Assembly: GCA_003707115.1 (NCBI GenBank)
Contig: PPNB01000024.1
Span: 62,001 to 126,000, forward strand
DNA from: Tortispora ganteri
Lineage: Eukaryota
Direction of reading: 5' to 3'
DNA: 64,000 bases
In this document: piece after piece, positions 1 to 11,111 of the stretch
Position numbering within the stretch: the first letter of the stretch is position 1
How the letters are laid out: every line of letters starts with the position of its first letter
Notes under the pieces: model-generated
The model's input: the letters and a program-made list of their open reading frames with translations, nothing else
Databases searched by the model: none
Told to the model about the DNA's origin: nothing
Translations under genes and position numbers: made by a program

Positions 1-829
1 TGAGCTGTTCTCTGTACGGCTTGTCGACGAAGGTGAAGAAGGCGCCGACTCCAGACGCAGTTCAGGCAATTTCGTGCCGGCAGGCGGACCTGGACGGTCG
101 CGGTCATCGATCATGAAGCTGGGCAAACCTTTTGACGGTATCCAGGAGGAGGACGAGGAGGAACAGGATATAACTATGGGTAGCAGTTCTTATGGAAGGC
201 CGACGGGTTCATCATTCGGCAGTCAAGCGTTCACTGCGCAATCCCAGTTTTCATCAGAAGGCGCATCTAGCGTCCAGGATCAGAACGAGGAATGGGCCAC
301 TGAAACGAGTTCCGCGTTTGACGACTACCAAAGCATTGGCACATATACGACGTCTGCATCAGACGAAGGCACGCGACACGGTCAAGCGATTCCGACGTTT
401 GATACGGTGTCGGATTCGCTGCACCATTCTAACTCGCGCGGCACAAACAGCACGGCGCGTACATCTGGGGTGTTTGAGGTGACGACCGATGAGGACGGCG
501 AGGCCGTCTGGCGACGACGTGAGTCGAACTTCGAGACTCCGCGCGCGCCACATGCTGACTGGAACGCCGCGTCGGCTCACAGCCAAACGGTTGCAAGTCC
601 CGGCGCGTCTACGCTCGTAGGAGCAGGTGTAGAAGTTTCACCGCTACCGCGCAGCATTAACTCGTTCACGCGCCGCACCAGCGAGACCGCAGACAATGTT
701 CATGCTGATGACAGAAGTATAGACAGAGCTCAGTTATTCGATCCAGAGGTTCGAGGCCGGACTTCACATGACAGCCCTTCTCATGGTAAATTCCGAAGGT
801 CAGTATCTGCAGAAATGGCGTTTATTTGA
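1..829 (+). CDS. 3' part of a Ser/acidic low-complexity protein of unknown function (starts before the window)
   Basis: The frame is open from position 2 to TGA at 827-829. The ORF-track start at 74 is a GTG. No family motif recognised. Confidence 0.6.
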   Translation, partial: ELFSVRLVDEGEEGADSRRSSGNFVPAGGPGRSRSSIMKLGKPFDGIQEEDEEEQDITMGSSSYGRPTGSSFGSQAFTAQSQFSSEGASSVQDQNEEWATETSSAFDDYQSIGTYTTSASDEGTRHGQAIPTFDTVSDSLHHSNSRGTNSTARTSGVFEVTTDEDGEAVWRRRESNFETPRAPHADWNAASAHSQTVASPGASTLVGAGVEVSPLPRSINSFTRRTSETADNVHADDRSIDRAQLFDPEVRGRTSHDSPSHGKFRRSVSAEMAFI

Positions 830-1053
830 GTTTTTAAAGAACGCTGTTTACTATGTCGTATATGATCCAAGTTCCTCTTATTACCTCGATTCACCTTTCC
901 CTACACGTTCTTCTTTGCTTATGACCCCACAATTCGTTTTATTTCTTTCAGCTATTTTATTTTAATAACAACCTCATTTGTTTCTGTTCACTGTAATTTT
1001 GGATACTAGTGGAAAACTACTAGGCCCTCTTGCTCCACTTTGCCCACCTTGCC

Positions 1054-1086
1054 CACTTTCACTTTCACTTTCACCTTCACCTTCAC
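1054..1086 (+). repeat. Hexamer microsatellite (CACTTT)3(CACCTT)2 upstream of the KEX1 ATG
   Basis: cactttcactttcactttcaccttcaccttcac is read directly from the sequence. Confidence 0.8.
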
Positions 1087-1094
1087 GTAGCGCT

Positions 1095-2831
1095 ATGCTG
1101 GCCCCGCTACTCTCGTTCGCGACACTCTTTGCCGCCAAAGCCTTTGCGGTTACTGCTGACAACTATGTAGTGCATAGTCTACCTAATCTTCCAGACGATG
1201 TTGAGCTGCCGGTGATGCACGCAGGTCTTCTTGAACTTGCCGGTGATGGCGATCCTCATATGTTCTTCTGGCGCGTCCAGAGCTCGAAGTCCACAAATAA
1301 GACAGTCATATGGCTAAACGGTGGTCCAGGATGCTCGTCTATGGATGGAATGTTTTTGGAAATTGGCCCGTTTCGTGCTGTCGATGGCGATTCCAGTGGC
1401 GGCGATTCTGACCCTGATCCGCGTCTCATCCCCAACCCAGGCGCTTGGAACGAATACGCTAACATCCTTTTCATAGACAGCCCTGTGGGGACGGGATTTT
1501 CGTATGCAGACCGTGACCGTTATGACCACGAGATATACGAGGTTGCAGACGATATTGTCTCTTTTCTCGACAGTTACTTCGCACTGTTTCCTGCTGATCG
1601 CGACAGTGACCTTTACGTAGCCGGCGAGTCCTTTGCCGGCACATATATTCCCTATATCGCTCGCGCAATGCTCGATCACGGCTTGAAAAATCTCAAGGGC
1701 CTCCTTATGGGAAACCCGTATACGGATCCCCCGCGTCACTTTTTTGCCTACGCAGAAATGGCATTCGAGAGTGGCCTCATACAGCAGAACTCCCCGCAGG
1801 CCAAGACCGTCAACGATGCTATCACCCGCTGCACGCAAGAACTCACAAAATACGGCGTTCACATAGTCGTCCCCGCATGTGAGTCCATCCTTGACACTGT
1901 TCTCTCGCTCTCGAAACCCTCCAAGAGCACATGCGTCAATATGTATGACATACGCCTCCAAGACTCCTACCCGGCTTGTGGCATCCACTGGCCACCTGCG
2001 CTGTCGGCCACCCAGAAATATCTGCGTCTTGAGCAGCTCGTCAAGGCTATTAACTTGCCCAGCGAGAAACAGTTCGTCTGGAAAGAGTGCGACGGATCTG
2101 TATCGCGACGCCTGAGGGCCTATAACTCCACTCCTGCCGTCGACCTTCTTCCAGACCTTCTTCAAACGGTACCTATCCTTTTTTTTAACGGCGATAAGGA
2201 TCTTATATGTAATCACTACGGTAACGAGCGGATGATCGCGAATCTTGAATGGAACGGCAATGTCGGGTTCCGCCAGGGCGCTAAAAAGAAAATGTGGTCT
2301 TTCGATGGTAGCGATGTCGGCGAGTACACCTCCGACAGAGGTCTCACATACTTGAGAGTGTACAATGCCTCTCACATGGTACCTGTAGACTACCCTGAAC
2401 AAATGAAGTATATGCTGGCAGACTTCATACACGCAGACCACAACTACGGAGGCCGTACCAGTAAGTTCATCGATCTAACGGCACCTGCAGGACCGCCACA
2501 CCACGAACATTCGACGACTTCTGGAGAGACAGCTAATCGCAGATCACCTGTTTTAGCAGCAGCTGTGTTGGGTGTTGTTATTCTTGCAGTTTTGGCGGCA
2601 GTATACTACATTGTGGTTAAACTGCTCAAATACGATGGTTGTATCAACTTATTCAACTGCCACACAAGGAGGCAGTACCAAATGGTGGATGAAGAGTCCG
2701 GACACCCGTTATCGAACATGCAACGCGCAAAGACAAACGTACTTAGCGCAAACGATGCAGAATCAGCTGTTGACAGCGACTCTGACTTTACAATTGGCGA
2801 CGACGAGTCGACGGACAATGAAGGCGTCTGA
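1095..2831 (+). CDS. KEX1: Kex1-type pheromone-processing serine carboxypeptidase (peptidase S10, type I membrane protein)
   Basis: Signal peptide MLAPLLSF at ATG 1095. Motifs [16 protein letters not shown] (catalytic Ser), GDKDLICN and NASHMVP. C-terminal TM helix with an acidic tail. Confidence 0.9.
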   Translation: MLAPLLSFATLFAAKAFAVTADNYVVHSLPNLPDDVELPVMHAGLLELAGDGDPHMFFWRVQSSKSTNKTVIWLNGGPGCSSMDGMFLEIGPFRAVDGDSSGGDSDPDPRLIPNPGAWNEYANILFIDSPVGTGFSYADRDRYDHEIYEVADDIVSFLDSYFALFPADRDSDLYVAGESFAGTYIPYIARAMLDHGLKNLKGLLMGNPYTDPPRHFFAYAEMAFESGLIQQNSPQAKTVNDAITRCTQELTKYGVHIVVPACESILDTVLSLSKPSKSTCVNMYDIRLQDSYPACGIHWPPALSATQKYLRLEQLVKAINLPSEKQFVWKECDGSVSRRLRAYNSTPAVDLLPDLLQTVPILFFNGDKDLICNHYGNERMIANLEWNGNVGFRQGAKKKMWSFDGSDVGEYTSDRGLTYLRVYNASHMVPVDYPEQMKYMLADFIHADHNYGGRTSKFIDLTAPAGPPHHEHSTTSGETANRRSPVLAAAVLGVVILAVLAAVYYIVVKLLKYDGCINLFNCHTRRQYQMVDEESGHPLSNMQRAKTNVLSANDAESAVDSDSDFTIGDDESTDNEGV

Positions 2832-2888
2832 ATGGGTTACATAGATCTTCACCACCATATCATATTAAGCACAATACATGACGATCAT

Positions 2889-4274
2889 TTACTCGAATAC
2901 TAATTCATGAGGAGTGTCCTCACTGTCCAAGGTAGAAGGATGCTCCATACGTGTTGCTAGAGCCGTTCGACGGCCCTGTAAGTATCGCAAAGCTTCCTGG
3001 TACGTTTCTGGCACAATATCTACGTGAGTGTGCACATAAAATGAGTATGTGAACTGACCAGTAGGTGTAGTTGTTCCGTGCAGAATGTCGCGTACAACAG
3101 TGTCGACGACGATTTGCACAATAGTGCTTCCCTCGTCTTGCGGCTCGCTGTAGCACGCAGCCGCTGTCATATACAGCACCGAACCGACAGGCACAGGGTT
3201 ACGGAACGACGTCGTATCCATTGAGTAGAATCGAGGCGTGTGGTGTGACAACGCAGCGACGCAGCAGTAGGCTAGCTCAAAAGTCTGACGAAGCAAATAG
3301 CCACCAAATATCATGAACGAATGCAGGTTTCTGTACTGTGGCTGCATGATCATTGTCGACTTCATAGTAGTGTCAGCGACGCGGATACATTCAGGTGGCG
3401 GGTGCTGGATGAGATTGTATATCAGCAGACTTTCTTCACTAACAGGTGGAGATATGTCGAGATTAGCATCGCGATCGCGTTTCTTGTTCTTGTTGTGACG
3501 CTCACCTTGCTCGAACAGTTTGCGTTCGTTTTCTGTGCTAGGCTCTATGTGATTAATGGGATAAGCCTTGTTCGTTGTAGGATTTCTGGCGACAAACGTA
3601 AAGTTTGCGACAAGGTAACGGTTACTTGACTTGAAATCGGCCAGACGGTCAGGGCCACCAGGCTGGTTAGTGTCGGAGTCGCCCTTTGCGTCAACACATA
3701 TAGTGATCTCTACGCTTGATCTGCCTGTCCATGTGACAGCACCCGCGAGAATAAGGTCCTGTACTGTTTCCATGCGTTTAAGCATATACACTCGGTCGAC
3801 AGATGCCGTTACGAGGAACGGCTCGTAGGGTAAACAGTGTTTGTGGGCTATAACGCCAGCCAAAGCGTCCAAGTCTTGAAATATTTGACCAATACGTAGA
3901 CGTCCTGCTGCATTGCAGTAGACATCCATGAGCCATTTGTCTGATTTTAAGTTTAGTCGTACTTCCGTGTACGAATCGGACATGCTCTTGTTCGTCAATG
4001 TCGGTGAGGCAGGCAGATGAGGTTCAAGTGAAGCACCGGTGAAGTCCCCACGTCGTTTTGCAGCGCGAAGTTTTGTTAAGGCCTCGATCCACGTATACTT
4101 ACGTCTCATTGGTGATTTACCGCTAGCTGCAGCGGGTTCAAACATTTGAGGGACATGATCTTTGCTTGTAGTGCTGGACCATCGTGTGTTCAGAGTGTTG
4201 GGGTACTTAAATCTAGACAATTGACCAATCCGCGGCGCCGAATGAACCAATTGCGATCCTGATCTACCAATCAT
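2889..4274 (-). CDS. Double hot-dog acyl-CoA thioesterase (ACOT9-like), probably mitochondrial
   Basis: Motifs DLDALAG, VTASVD, TWTGRSSVEI, NFTFVAR and IFGGYLLRQTFELA. Arg/Ser-rich N-terminal presequence. Confidence 0.85.
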   Translation of the reverse strand: MIGRSGSQLVHSAPRIGQLSRFKYPNTLNTRWSSTTSKDHVPQMFEPAAASGKSPMRRKYTWIEALTKLRAAKRRGDFTGASLEPHLPASPTLTNKSMSDSYTEVRLNLKSDKWLMDVYCNAAGRLRIGQIFQDLDALAGVIAHKHCLPYEPFLVTASVDRVYMLKRMETVQDLILAGAVTWTGRSSVEITICVDAKGDSDTNQPGGPDRLADFKSSNRYLVANFTFVARNPTTNKAYPINHIEPSTENERKLFEQGERHNKNKKRDRDANLDISPPVSEESLLIYNLIQHPPPECIRVADTTMKSTMIMQPQYRNLHSFMIFGGYLLRQTFELAYCCVAALSHHTPRFYSMDTTSFRNPVPVGSVLYMTAAACYSEPQDEGSTIVQIVVDTVVRDILHGTTTPTGQFTYSFYVHTHVDIVPETYQEALRYLQGRRTALATRMEHPSTLDSEDTPHELVFE

Positions 4275-4848
4275 ACTTGCTGTTTTTCGTTGAATCCTAA
4301 AAATTCAGTCTAGACGAGCTGAAAAATCTGTGCGAAAACAATCAATTACAACTCAATAGTTATTAGTCAAACCCCAATCGTGTAAGTTGAAAAGGCTTAC
4401 TCAATTAAGGATTCGGCGTTCATTGCGTGGTTGCTAAGTTGCTATGACAAAATACTAAAACAAGCCATGTGAGTTATATTAAAAGACATAACATAAATCG
4501 GCAATTAAACAAGTTTTGTAAGCAAATTCTATCCCATTTACACTGTTTTTAATACAGTAAAACTACATGCGTAATGTCAAAATATGTATCATTAAATTAA
4601 CGATAAACTATTAGCCAGCAATCGTGAAACGCGGCTAATTATTCTTAAGTTAGTTACATAACGTAACTCGCGCTCTGATGCTTACTTAGTAAGGTAATTT
4701 TTACCTATCATGGGTTAAGGGTTTTATAGTACCCACGAAATTTGCCCGCTTTCCCGGTCCTCCACTCCCTCTTGAAGTTTCTCCCTTTTCTCCCTTCTCT
4801 CCTACATAACACTGCAGGTTTTTTTATTGACCGGAAAATATACTCGCC

Positions 4849-6062
4849 ATGCTTGGACGTCCCTCTAACGTGTCGCAGTATATTGCCACTTTGAACTCTT
4901 TAGACCCAGTGACTCCAATCAAGTCCGAGGAAGAAGACCTCAGTGCCTTCACTGATACCCGCTTCTTCGATTTTGATTTAGGCAAGTCACTTGATATCGG
5001 TTCTTCAGGTAAGTAATAACCCTCATTTCGCGTACTTCTTTTTTTGTTTTGTATTCTATGGGAGACTTGAAATAAACCATGGCTGGACAACTTTTTCGAC
5101 TACAAAAAGCAGTTCGTTGTCGGTCTGCAGTTACCGTGACCGCTCACATTCATCCTCATTTTTCGCCGCCTTCTTACTTGGATCTTTGATCACGGAAATA
5201 CCAAACCCGTAGAGCCCAAATGTTACTTGCCACATTTATTTTACACTATTTTCAGTGCTGTTTAAACCTGGAAGAGGATCCTCGAATTGCGGCCGATTCA
5301 TTTCCGATGGATGGATGGCGGCAACTGCTCTTGCGCTTTTGCATCCCATAGACTTGATACAATACAGGAATAGAAGATGTTGAACTAGCGAATAAATTGA
5401 AGCGCAAAATTCCCTTGCTCTAGAGGTTCATGTAACACATACTAACTCTTATAGAACATCAAACCAATGCTTCTATCACGGACTTACTTGCGGAGTCGTC
5501 GAGCGAAACCCTCTTTCCTTTATTGGAGTCAAATGGACTTGGCCCTTTCACACAAAATCAGGGATCCCCTGATAACTCACTATGGAGCGGAGATAACCTG
5601 AACTCCAACGGAACCACAAATGCTTTCAACACTCCAAAGCTTGTCACTCCTAGTCTCATCATTAACGCAAATTCACCTGGCGGCGCTGCAAACAACCGTA
5701 AGCGGAAGTACCTTTCTCCGAACGAGTATTCGCAGCTACCCGCAGATGAGGCCGCTAAAATTGCTGCTGAAGAGGACAAACGTCGTCGTAATACTGCAGC
5801 ATCGGCCCGCTTCCGTGTTAAAAAGAAACTTAGAGAGCAGGCTCTTGAGCAGACCGCACGTGAGCTCCGTGGAAAAGTTGAGGAACTCGAAACTAAAGTC
5901 CTTCAGCTGCGTATGGAGAACAAATGGCTCAAGAACCTTATTGTTGAGAAAACCGACGCTCGCGACTCGCAAGACCTAACTGAGCTGAAAACAAGCATTT
6001 TAGGACCTGATCCTAGCGACAATCTCGATTCCGCTGAAGTTAAGGAACCCAATAGCGCTTAA
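4849..6062 (+). CDS. metR: bZIP sulfur regulator of the MetR/Cys-3/Zip1 family; two exons, 4849-5008 and 5455-6062
   Basis: Exon 1 encodes MLGRPSNVSQYIATLN...DLSAFTDTRFFDFDLG, resembling the MetR/Cys-3 N-terminus. The phase-1 splice joins in frame to the bZIP EEDKRRRNTAASARFRVKKK...ENKWLKNLI. Confidence 0.85.
5009..5454 (+). other. Spliceosomal intron (446 nt) of the metR-like gene
   Basis: Donor GTAAGT at 5009, branch point TACTAAC at 5440-5446, acceptor TAG ending at 5454. Splicing restores the reading frame. Confidence 0.9.
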
Positions 6063-6256
6063 TACACTCACTCAGTTTTGTAGCTAGATGCTGGAATCCT
6101 GTTCATGTATCGCAGTCACCAAGTGTTTCCGTTGGTCTTCTGCACACTGCCTAAAAAAGTTATGTTTGTTCTTTTGTTGCAAAAAAAAAACTTAATATAT
6201 AAATGGTTTATGCTATTTATTATAAGATCGTTCATGTATCAGTCTTTTGTACATGT

Positions 6257-8413
6257 TTAGTTGTGAGATGCAGCCGCTGTTTTAATAAAATGGCAGTATG
6301 TATCGCCGTATATTTGCCAGTGCAAATTTAGAAAAGATCTCAGATCTTTATGTAGCTGTTTCACCAATACTTTTGTGCATTTAAATCCATAAGCTTCGAG
6401 GTTTTTGTCTGTTACCACTTCCTTTAGCAGAATAGAACATAATCGGCGTCTCAATATAGAAACAGTAGCATCAGAGCCATTCCATACACGTTCAACGACT
6501 TTTTGGATAACGGGATCTTGACTTAAATTTTTAGTGGTAGCAATGTCAAGAGTGTCATCTAGATTTGCCAATTGTGAAACAGTTTCAGTTTGCAATTGAG
6601 CCGCAAATTCGTTGTCGTTCGGTTTAGAAGAAAGCAAGGTCAAACAGACCCCAGATATCTGTATAATTCGTATAGAACGCTTGCAAAATGCTGATAATCT
6701 GGTATTGTCAGCTTTAAAAGATTCCGGAAAGTAATCTAATGAAAAATCATCCTTCATAAGACAATGTATTAATTTCCGCTCATACAGAGTGCGCACTTTG
6801 TCTTCAAATTCGCCCTCCTCGCAGAATTCCGCATAGCTGATGTCTTCCAAAATCCATTCATTTGTTCTAGGAAAGTCTTTAGAATTTATCATGCTTTTCT
6901 CGTAAGAAATAAGAGCATCGCGAGGTATTTTAGCAACAGCTTCTGAGATCTGGTGATTGGCAACGTCGATTTTCATGAGCTCAAAACTGTAGAGTATTTG
7001 TCTGACAGCATCAACAGAGAGTTCAGGAATTCTGGCAGCTTGTTTAACAAGATTCTTGCATTGAAGTATAAGGTCATCTCGTGCAGGGGAGCATAGCAGA
7101 GCCATATGGTCGACGACTACCTCGCACATAGCCCAGAAGTCATATACGTCGCGCTCGCACTGATCTTTGATGAATTCAACATCCAGAAGCTCGTCTATGT
7201 GTTTCTTAACAGTTTCGTTACCACATATGACTTTATCAAAATACTCTTTGAAAGTTTTAGCCAGGGAAGTTAATAAATTGACTCTTTCTGCTTTGTTTGC
7301 TTCGAGAACATTCAAGTTAGCAGTGTTCATGAATGATTCTATAGAAATATCTTTCTGGAGTTGAAATTCTGGGTTCATAATAAGCTCATGTGTCAAGTTC
7401 AAGTTCGAGTCTAGTACAATATTCTCAGCAAGATTTAGTTTTACTGAGACATCAGTATCGACTTTGTAGTATCCAGGTTCAGGCACAGATTGATGTTCAG
7501 TTTCAGAAGCATGCTCGTTCAGAAATACAGTATCTCTAAGTATCTCACTAACTCGAGATTGCGATCCGACAAGCATAGCTAGTTTTCGTTCCAAATTAGT
7601 TTGACTTTTACGTACTTCTGCAAGCACCTGATCTGCATATTCGTCCTTCGAGTTCATCGCCATATTCTTCATCTCTTCCAGGCTCCTGTAGTTACTAACA
7701 ATGAAAGCAATAACTTCCTTTTCATCCTGCATTTTCCACTTGTAAAAGGCCTGACGGTACTGTCTCCACCGCGCAAGGAATCTGAATGAGTTCTGTATGT
7801 TTGGGTCAATTGACTCTGCAAATGACTGGTAAAGTTTCTTAGCACACAATTTTACGCCGGTCTTATGATCATGCGTATTCTTATCAATGATACAAAACAG
7901 GCTAAGAAAGGTCTTGGTGCTCCTTGCAAGACCAAACGTCTCTAGGGCTTTGGTGCAAGCTGTAATCACCGCGCGATCAGCTATAGTCGCCATTATCTGC
8001 TCTATCGGTTTGTCGAACAATGTATTCAGCTTCAAAAAAAGATTGCGACGTACTAAAGCGGTATGATGAATACGCATAGCCCTATAAACGATATGTGCAG
8101 CCTCCGATCTGGGCATTTTGCCGTGCCTGAGTGTAGATCTTCTGATCTCAGCCCGTTCTAGCTTCCTTTTGAGCCACTGAATCTTCAATGCCCGATCATG
8201 CTGCTCTCGCTTCTTGTTTTCTAGTGCTACATGCTTCGCATGTCTCACGATCGATGCACACTGCTCTGAATAGCACTTTAACCGGCTGCATCGACGTCTG
8301 CTTGCACCTTCCAAATCAGATTGCGCCTGCTTGATTCCCACCGCTTCAAGCCTTGCACGCAGTTTTTCCGGTGGCGAACGTTTCGCAGGACCTTCCAAAA
8401 TAGATATCAACAT
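6257..8413 (-). CDS. SOK1: T-complex protein 11 (TCP11/Sok1) family protein
   Basis: TCP11-like blocks LTHELIMNPEFQL, MALLCSPARD, LMKIDVAN and FPESFKAD in a 718-aa ORF. Confidence 0.7.
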   Translation of the reverse strand: MLISILEGPAKRSPPEKLRARLEAVGIKQAQSDLEGASRRRCSRLKCYSEQCASIVRHAKHVALENKKREQHDRALKIQWLKRKLERAEIRRSTLRHGKMPRSEAAHIVYRAMRIHHTALVRRNLFLKLNTLFDKPIEQIMATIADRAVITACTKALETFGLARSTKTFLSLFCIIDKNTHDHKTGVKLCAKKLYQSFAESIDPNIQNSFRFLARWRQYRQAFYKWKMQDEKEVIAFIVSNYRSLEEMKNMAMNSKDEYADQVLAEVRKSQTNLERKLAMLVGSQSRVSEILRDTVFLNEHASETEHQSVPEPGYYKVDTDVSVKLNLAENIVLDSNLNLTHELIMNPEFQLQKDISIESFMNTANLNVLEANKAERVNLLTSLAKTFKEYFDKVICGNETVKKHIDELLDVEFIKDQCERDVYDFWAMCEVVVDHMALLCSPARDDLILQCKNLVKQAARIPELSVDAVRQILYSFELMKIDVANHQISEAVAKIPRDALISYEKSMINSKDFPRTNEWILEDISYAEFCEEGEFEDKVRTLYERKLIHCLMKDDFSLDYFPESFKADNTRLSAFCKRSIRIIQISGVCLTLLSSKPNDNEFAAQLQTETVSQLANLDDTLDIATTKNLSQDPVIQKVVERVWNGSDATVSILRRRLCSILLKEVVTDKNLEAYGFKCTKVLVKQLHKDLRSFLNLHWQIYGDTYCHFIKTAAASHN

Positions 8414-8834
8414 CTTCGAATTGTTGAAAAATGCCTATTTTGAGTCGTTTGACAAGTATCAAGCCTGTGTTAATGCCGATGTAGGCGGAGGCTGGATCGC
8501 TAAACGTTATTTTCTTATATAAAGCCAATAAGAATCTACAAGCCTGGATTAAAGTTTATGCATGGTCAGCCGATAATCTGATCACTTATACCAGTACCAA
8601 GTTTTTCAAGCTCGTGACAAATGTCTAACAACTAATTAAATTGAAATTATTTGTAAATATTAACTTCGTAAACTCATAATAACTTTACCGGGAAGTAGAA
8701 AACGTAGGACATGTCGTGAAAGTCGTCTTAGAGTAGAATCTCACATCGATGACTATTGTTAAATAACTGCATAGTAACATAGAGAAGATGACAGTTCCTA
8801 AACGTGCACGAACGTCAGTCTTTCACTAATAAGC

Positions 8835-10010
8835 TCATGCATCGTCTTTAACACGTCGCAAGCGCTTACTCATCTTGCTCCAGGTAGATTGCAGTTTATT
8901 AGTGTTCTCCAAAGGTAAGCTTGGAGAAATAGCCTTAGTAGGCATGGTGTTGAATTGGGTTTCGTTAATTTCGTCACAGTGAGAAGCAGACCAAGGGCAA
9001 GACCACCCAGGCGACGCTTCTCCAGGTGTGTGTTCGTGAGGTAGTTTTATAGCAAGAGAATTTCCACGGTATGAATAGCTGCCTGACTTAATGGAAGGCT
9101 GTAGTTGGAAATGCATGCTGGAATCAGAATTCTGGCGGATTGAAATAGGAGAAGTAGAGGTGGTAGTAACAGTAGGAGAGTAGCTAGTGTTAGGAGCACT
9201 AGCAGTTCTTCCTGCATGCGGAGCGTATTCAGGTCCGCATGCTGTGCTTAGATTAGCAGCAAGGGCATCTGGGCAATCACAAGAGTATGGTGGTTGAAAG
9301 GTGAAATTGCCGCTAGAACCAGTGAAGAGGCCTTCATCATCACTAGTCGTTGCCCGAGATTCTGCAGTGTCTGAGTCCACGTCTGTTAAATCTGAAAACG
9401 GAGAGTCGGCGAAAGGATATGAAGAGGAAGACGAGTAGAGGGCACCGTTGCTGGAATCAGTAGATGTCTTGTATGAAAGTTGAATATTAAGAGATGAGTT
9501 ATTAGGTGACCTGCATCTGTGACAAAAAGGCAAAAAGACGCTGTCCTGCATGAGGTCCTGAATGATAGCGGCAGCGTTAGTGAGGCAAGTGGGGTGCGGA
9601 GGATCTGATTGAGGATTCTGAGCTAAAGATATTCGGAAACTGTCGTTTTCCGACAAAAGCTGCTGTCGAACATGCCAGGGAATGTTCACTTCACGAATAG
9701 AATTTGTCCGTATATAGTGATCAATGATCCTAGACCAAAGTAGGATTCTTTGCTGTCTGCCTTCTTCCCCAGTTCGGTTCAGGTTCGAATCAAGTGGCTG
9801 TTTACATGCCCAGGGTGCGTCAAGGTTTTCGGACACAACGCCTGAGGCCTGGAAGTATCGCGCGATGTCCATTGTGAACTCCAATATTTCGAGACAGTTA
9901 TTTTGAGCAAGATAAGCGATGAATGCTGTTAGCGAGAACGGCGGTGCCGCCTGACCTGACAGGACGGTTTCGAGGGTAGGCTGCGACTTCAAATCGAGTT
10001 GTTCGTTCAT
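8835..10010 (-). CDS. RGS2: Regulator of G-protein signalling (N-terminal RGS domain; Rgs2/RgsA-like)
   Basis: PTLETVLSGQAAPPFSLTAFIAYLAQNNCLEILEFTMD...YIRTNSIREVNIP...LMQDSVFLPF, followed by a Ser-rich tail. Confidence 0.8.
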   Translation of the reverse strand: MNEQLDLKSQPTLETVLSGQAAPPFSLTAFIAYLAQNNCLEILEFTMDIARYFQASGVVSENLDAPWACKQPLDSNLNRTGEEGRQQRILLWSRIIDHYIRTNSIREVNIPWHVRQQLLSENDSFRISLAQNPQSDPPHPTCLTNAAAIIQDLMQDSVFLPFCHRCRSPNNSSLNIQLSYKTSTDSSNGALYSSSSSYPFADSPFSDLTDVDSDTAESRATTSDDEGLFTGSSGNFTFQPPYSCDCPDALAANLSTACGPEYAPHAGRTASAPNTSYSPTVTTTSTSPISIRQNSDSSMHFQLQPSIKSGSYSYRGNSLAIKLPHEHTPGEASPGWSCPWSASHCDEINETQFNTMPTKAISPSLPLENTNKLQSTWSKMSKRLRRVKDDA

Positions 10011-11111
10011 ACGTTCGCAGTGGTGAGTGCTGAATTAAATATTAAAATTCCGAGTAGGTGACTTATTTAGAAGAAAAGGCAGCAAAAGCGGAGATGGAGG
10101 CGGATATAAGGGTGGCCTCTAAAAAGAGAGAACGAAAAAATACTCGGTTAATGCACAGGCCTCTAATCGATGTGAGAGAGCAGCGATCTTACCCTGTTAG
10201 GGGTTTACGCGTGGTAAATAGAGGGAAGTGATTAAAGCGATTACGCTAACTATTTCTGCGCGGAGCAAAAATTAGGCCTGAATGGAAAAGTTATGGGCTA
10301 TATATATAAGTAATAAGGATACAGCCTTTCCGTAAGTGAGGGATTATATGAAGGGTGGCGGAAGATCTAACTATAGTAGGTAGCATAAAAGTTAGTTTAC
10401 ACAGTAGCCGCCAATGAGAGAATTGGATAGTAACTAGAGTGTGAAAAAAACCTAATAAGTGCTATTATTGGTCAATATTAGAACGTGTATCCAATAGGAA
10501 GAATCAATGAGTGCATATTAACAAAAGAAAAGAAGTTTAAATATATAAACACGTAGTTTTATTGGCTATAAAATATTATAGAGTTCAGTAGTACTTCTTA
10601 GGATAAGATCGAAGAATACTGAGGTAATGAGACATTAATTAAAATAAATCGAAAATAGTAACACTTCCGATGAGGAGTGGAGTGAAAGTGACTCAAAGAG
10701 AGGTTGGGGGGATATTCACGATATAGCAGCAGTTACTTATAGGCAATAGGCGTTGGCATTATGCGAATGTAATGTTGTACTAACCAACGTGCGAGACAGC
10801 AGCAGGCGTGCGGCGAGGAGGCGGTGATCGGCGAATGCTTGATGAGGAGATATCAGGAATGAAATAATGGTCTGATGTAGATCAGTATCACGTTAATAAC
10901 AATTAGAGTTATAGTCACGAGATTTTCTGTGTTTTTTATAAGGAAAATAGAACAGTGTTAGGAGGAAGCAGAACTCATAAATCGAGCGTCTACCGAAATC
11001 GAAGAATCGAACTGCAAAGAGGGGAACGCGTGACGGTGTTTAGTGCCAGTTTGAGTAGATAGAGTGTTAAAGTTGAACTACTGACGCTGCTAAACAGGTC
11101 GATCAGTAGTT

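Noticed and set aside
1314..2441. 375-aa antisense ORF within KEX1, and the many other short shadow ORFs in the track
   Set aside because: They lie opposite or out of frame to well-conserved genes and show no recognisable motifs. They are expected by-products of codon bias.
10839..10876. TGATGA...CTGA pair resembling a box C/D snoRNA
   Set aside because: Only about 35 nt long, with no terminal stem and no recognisable rRNA-complementary guide.
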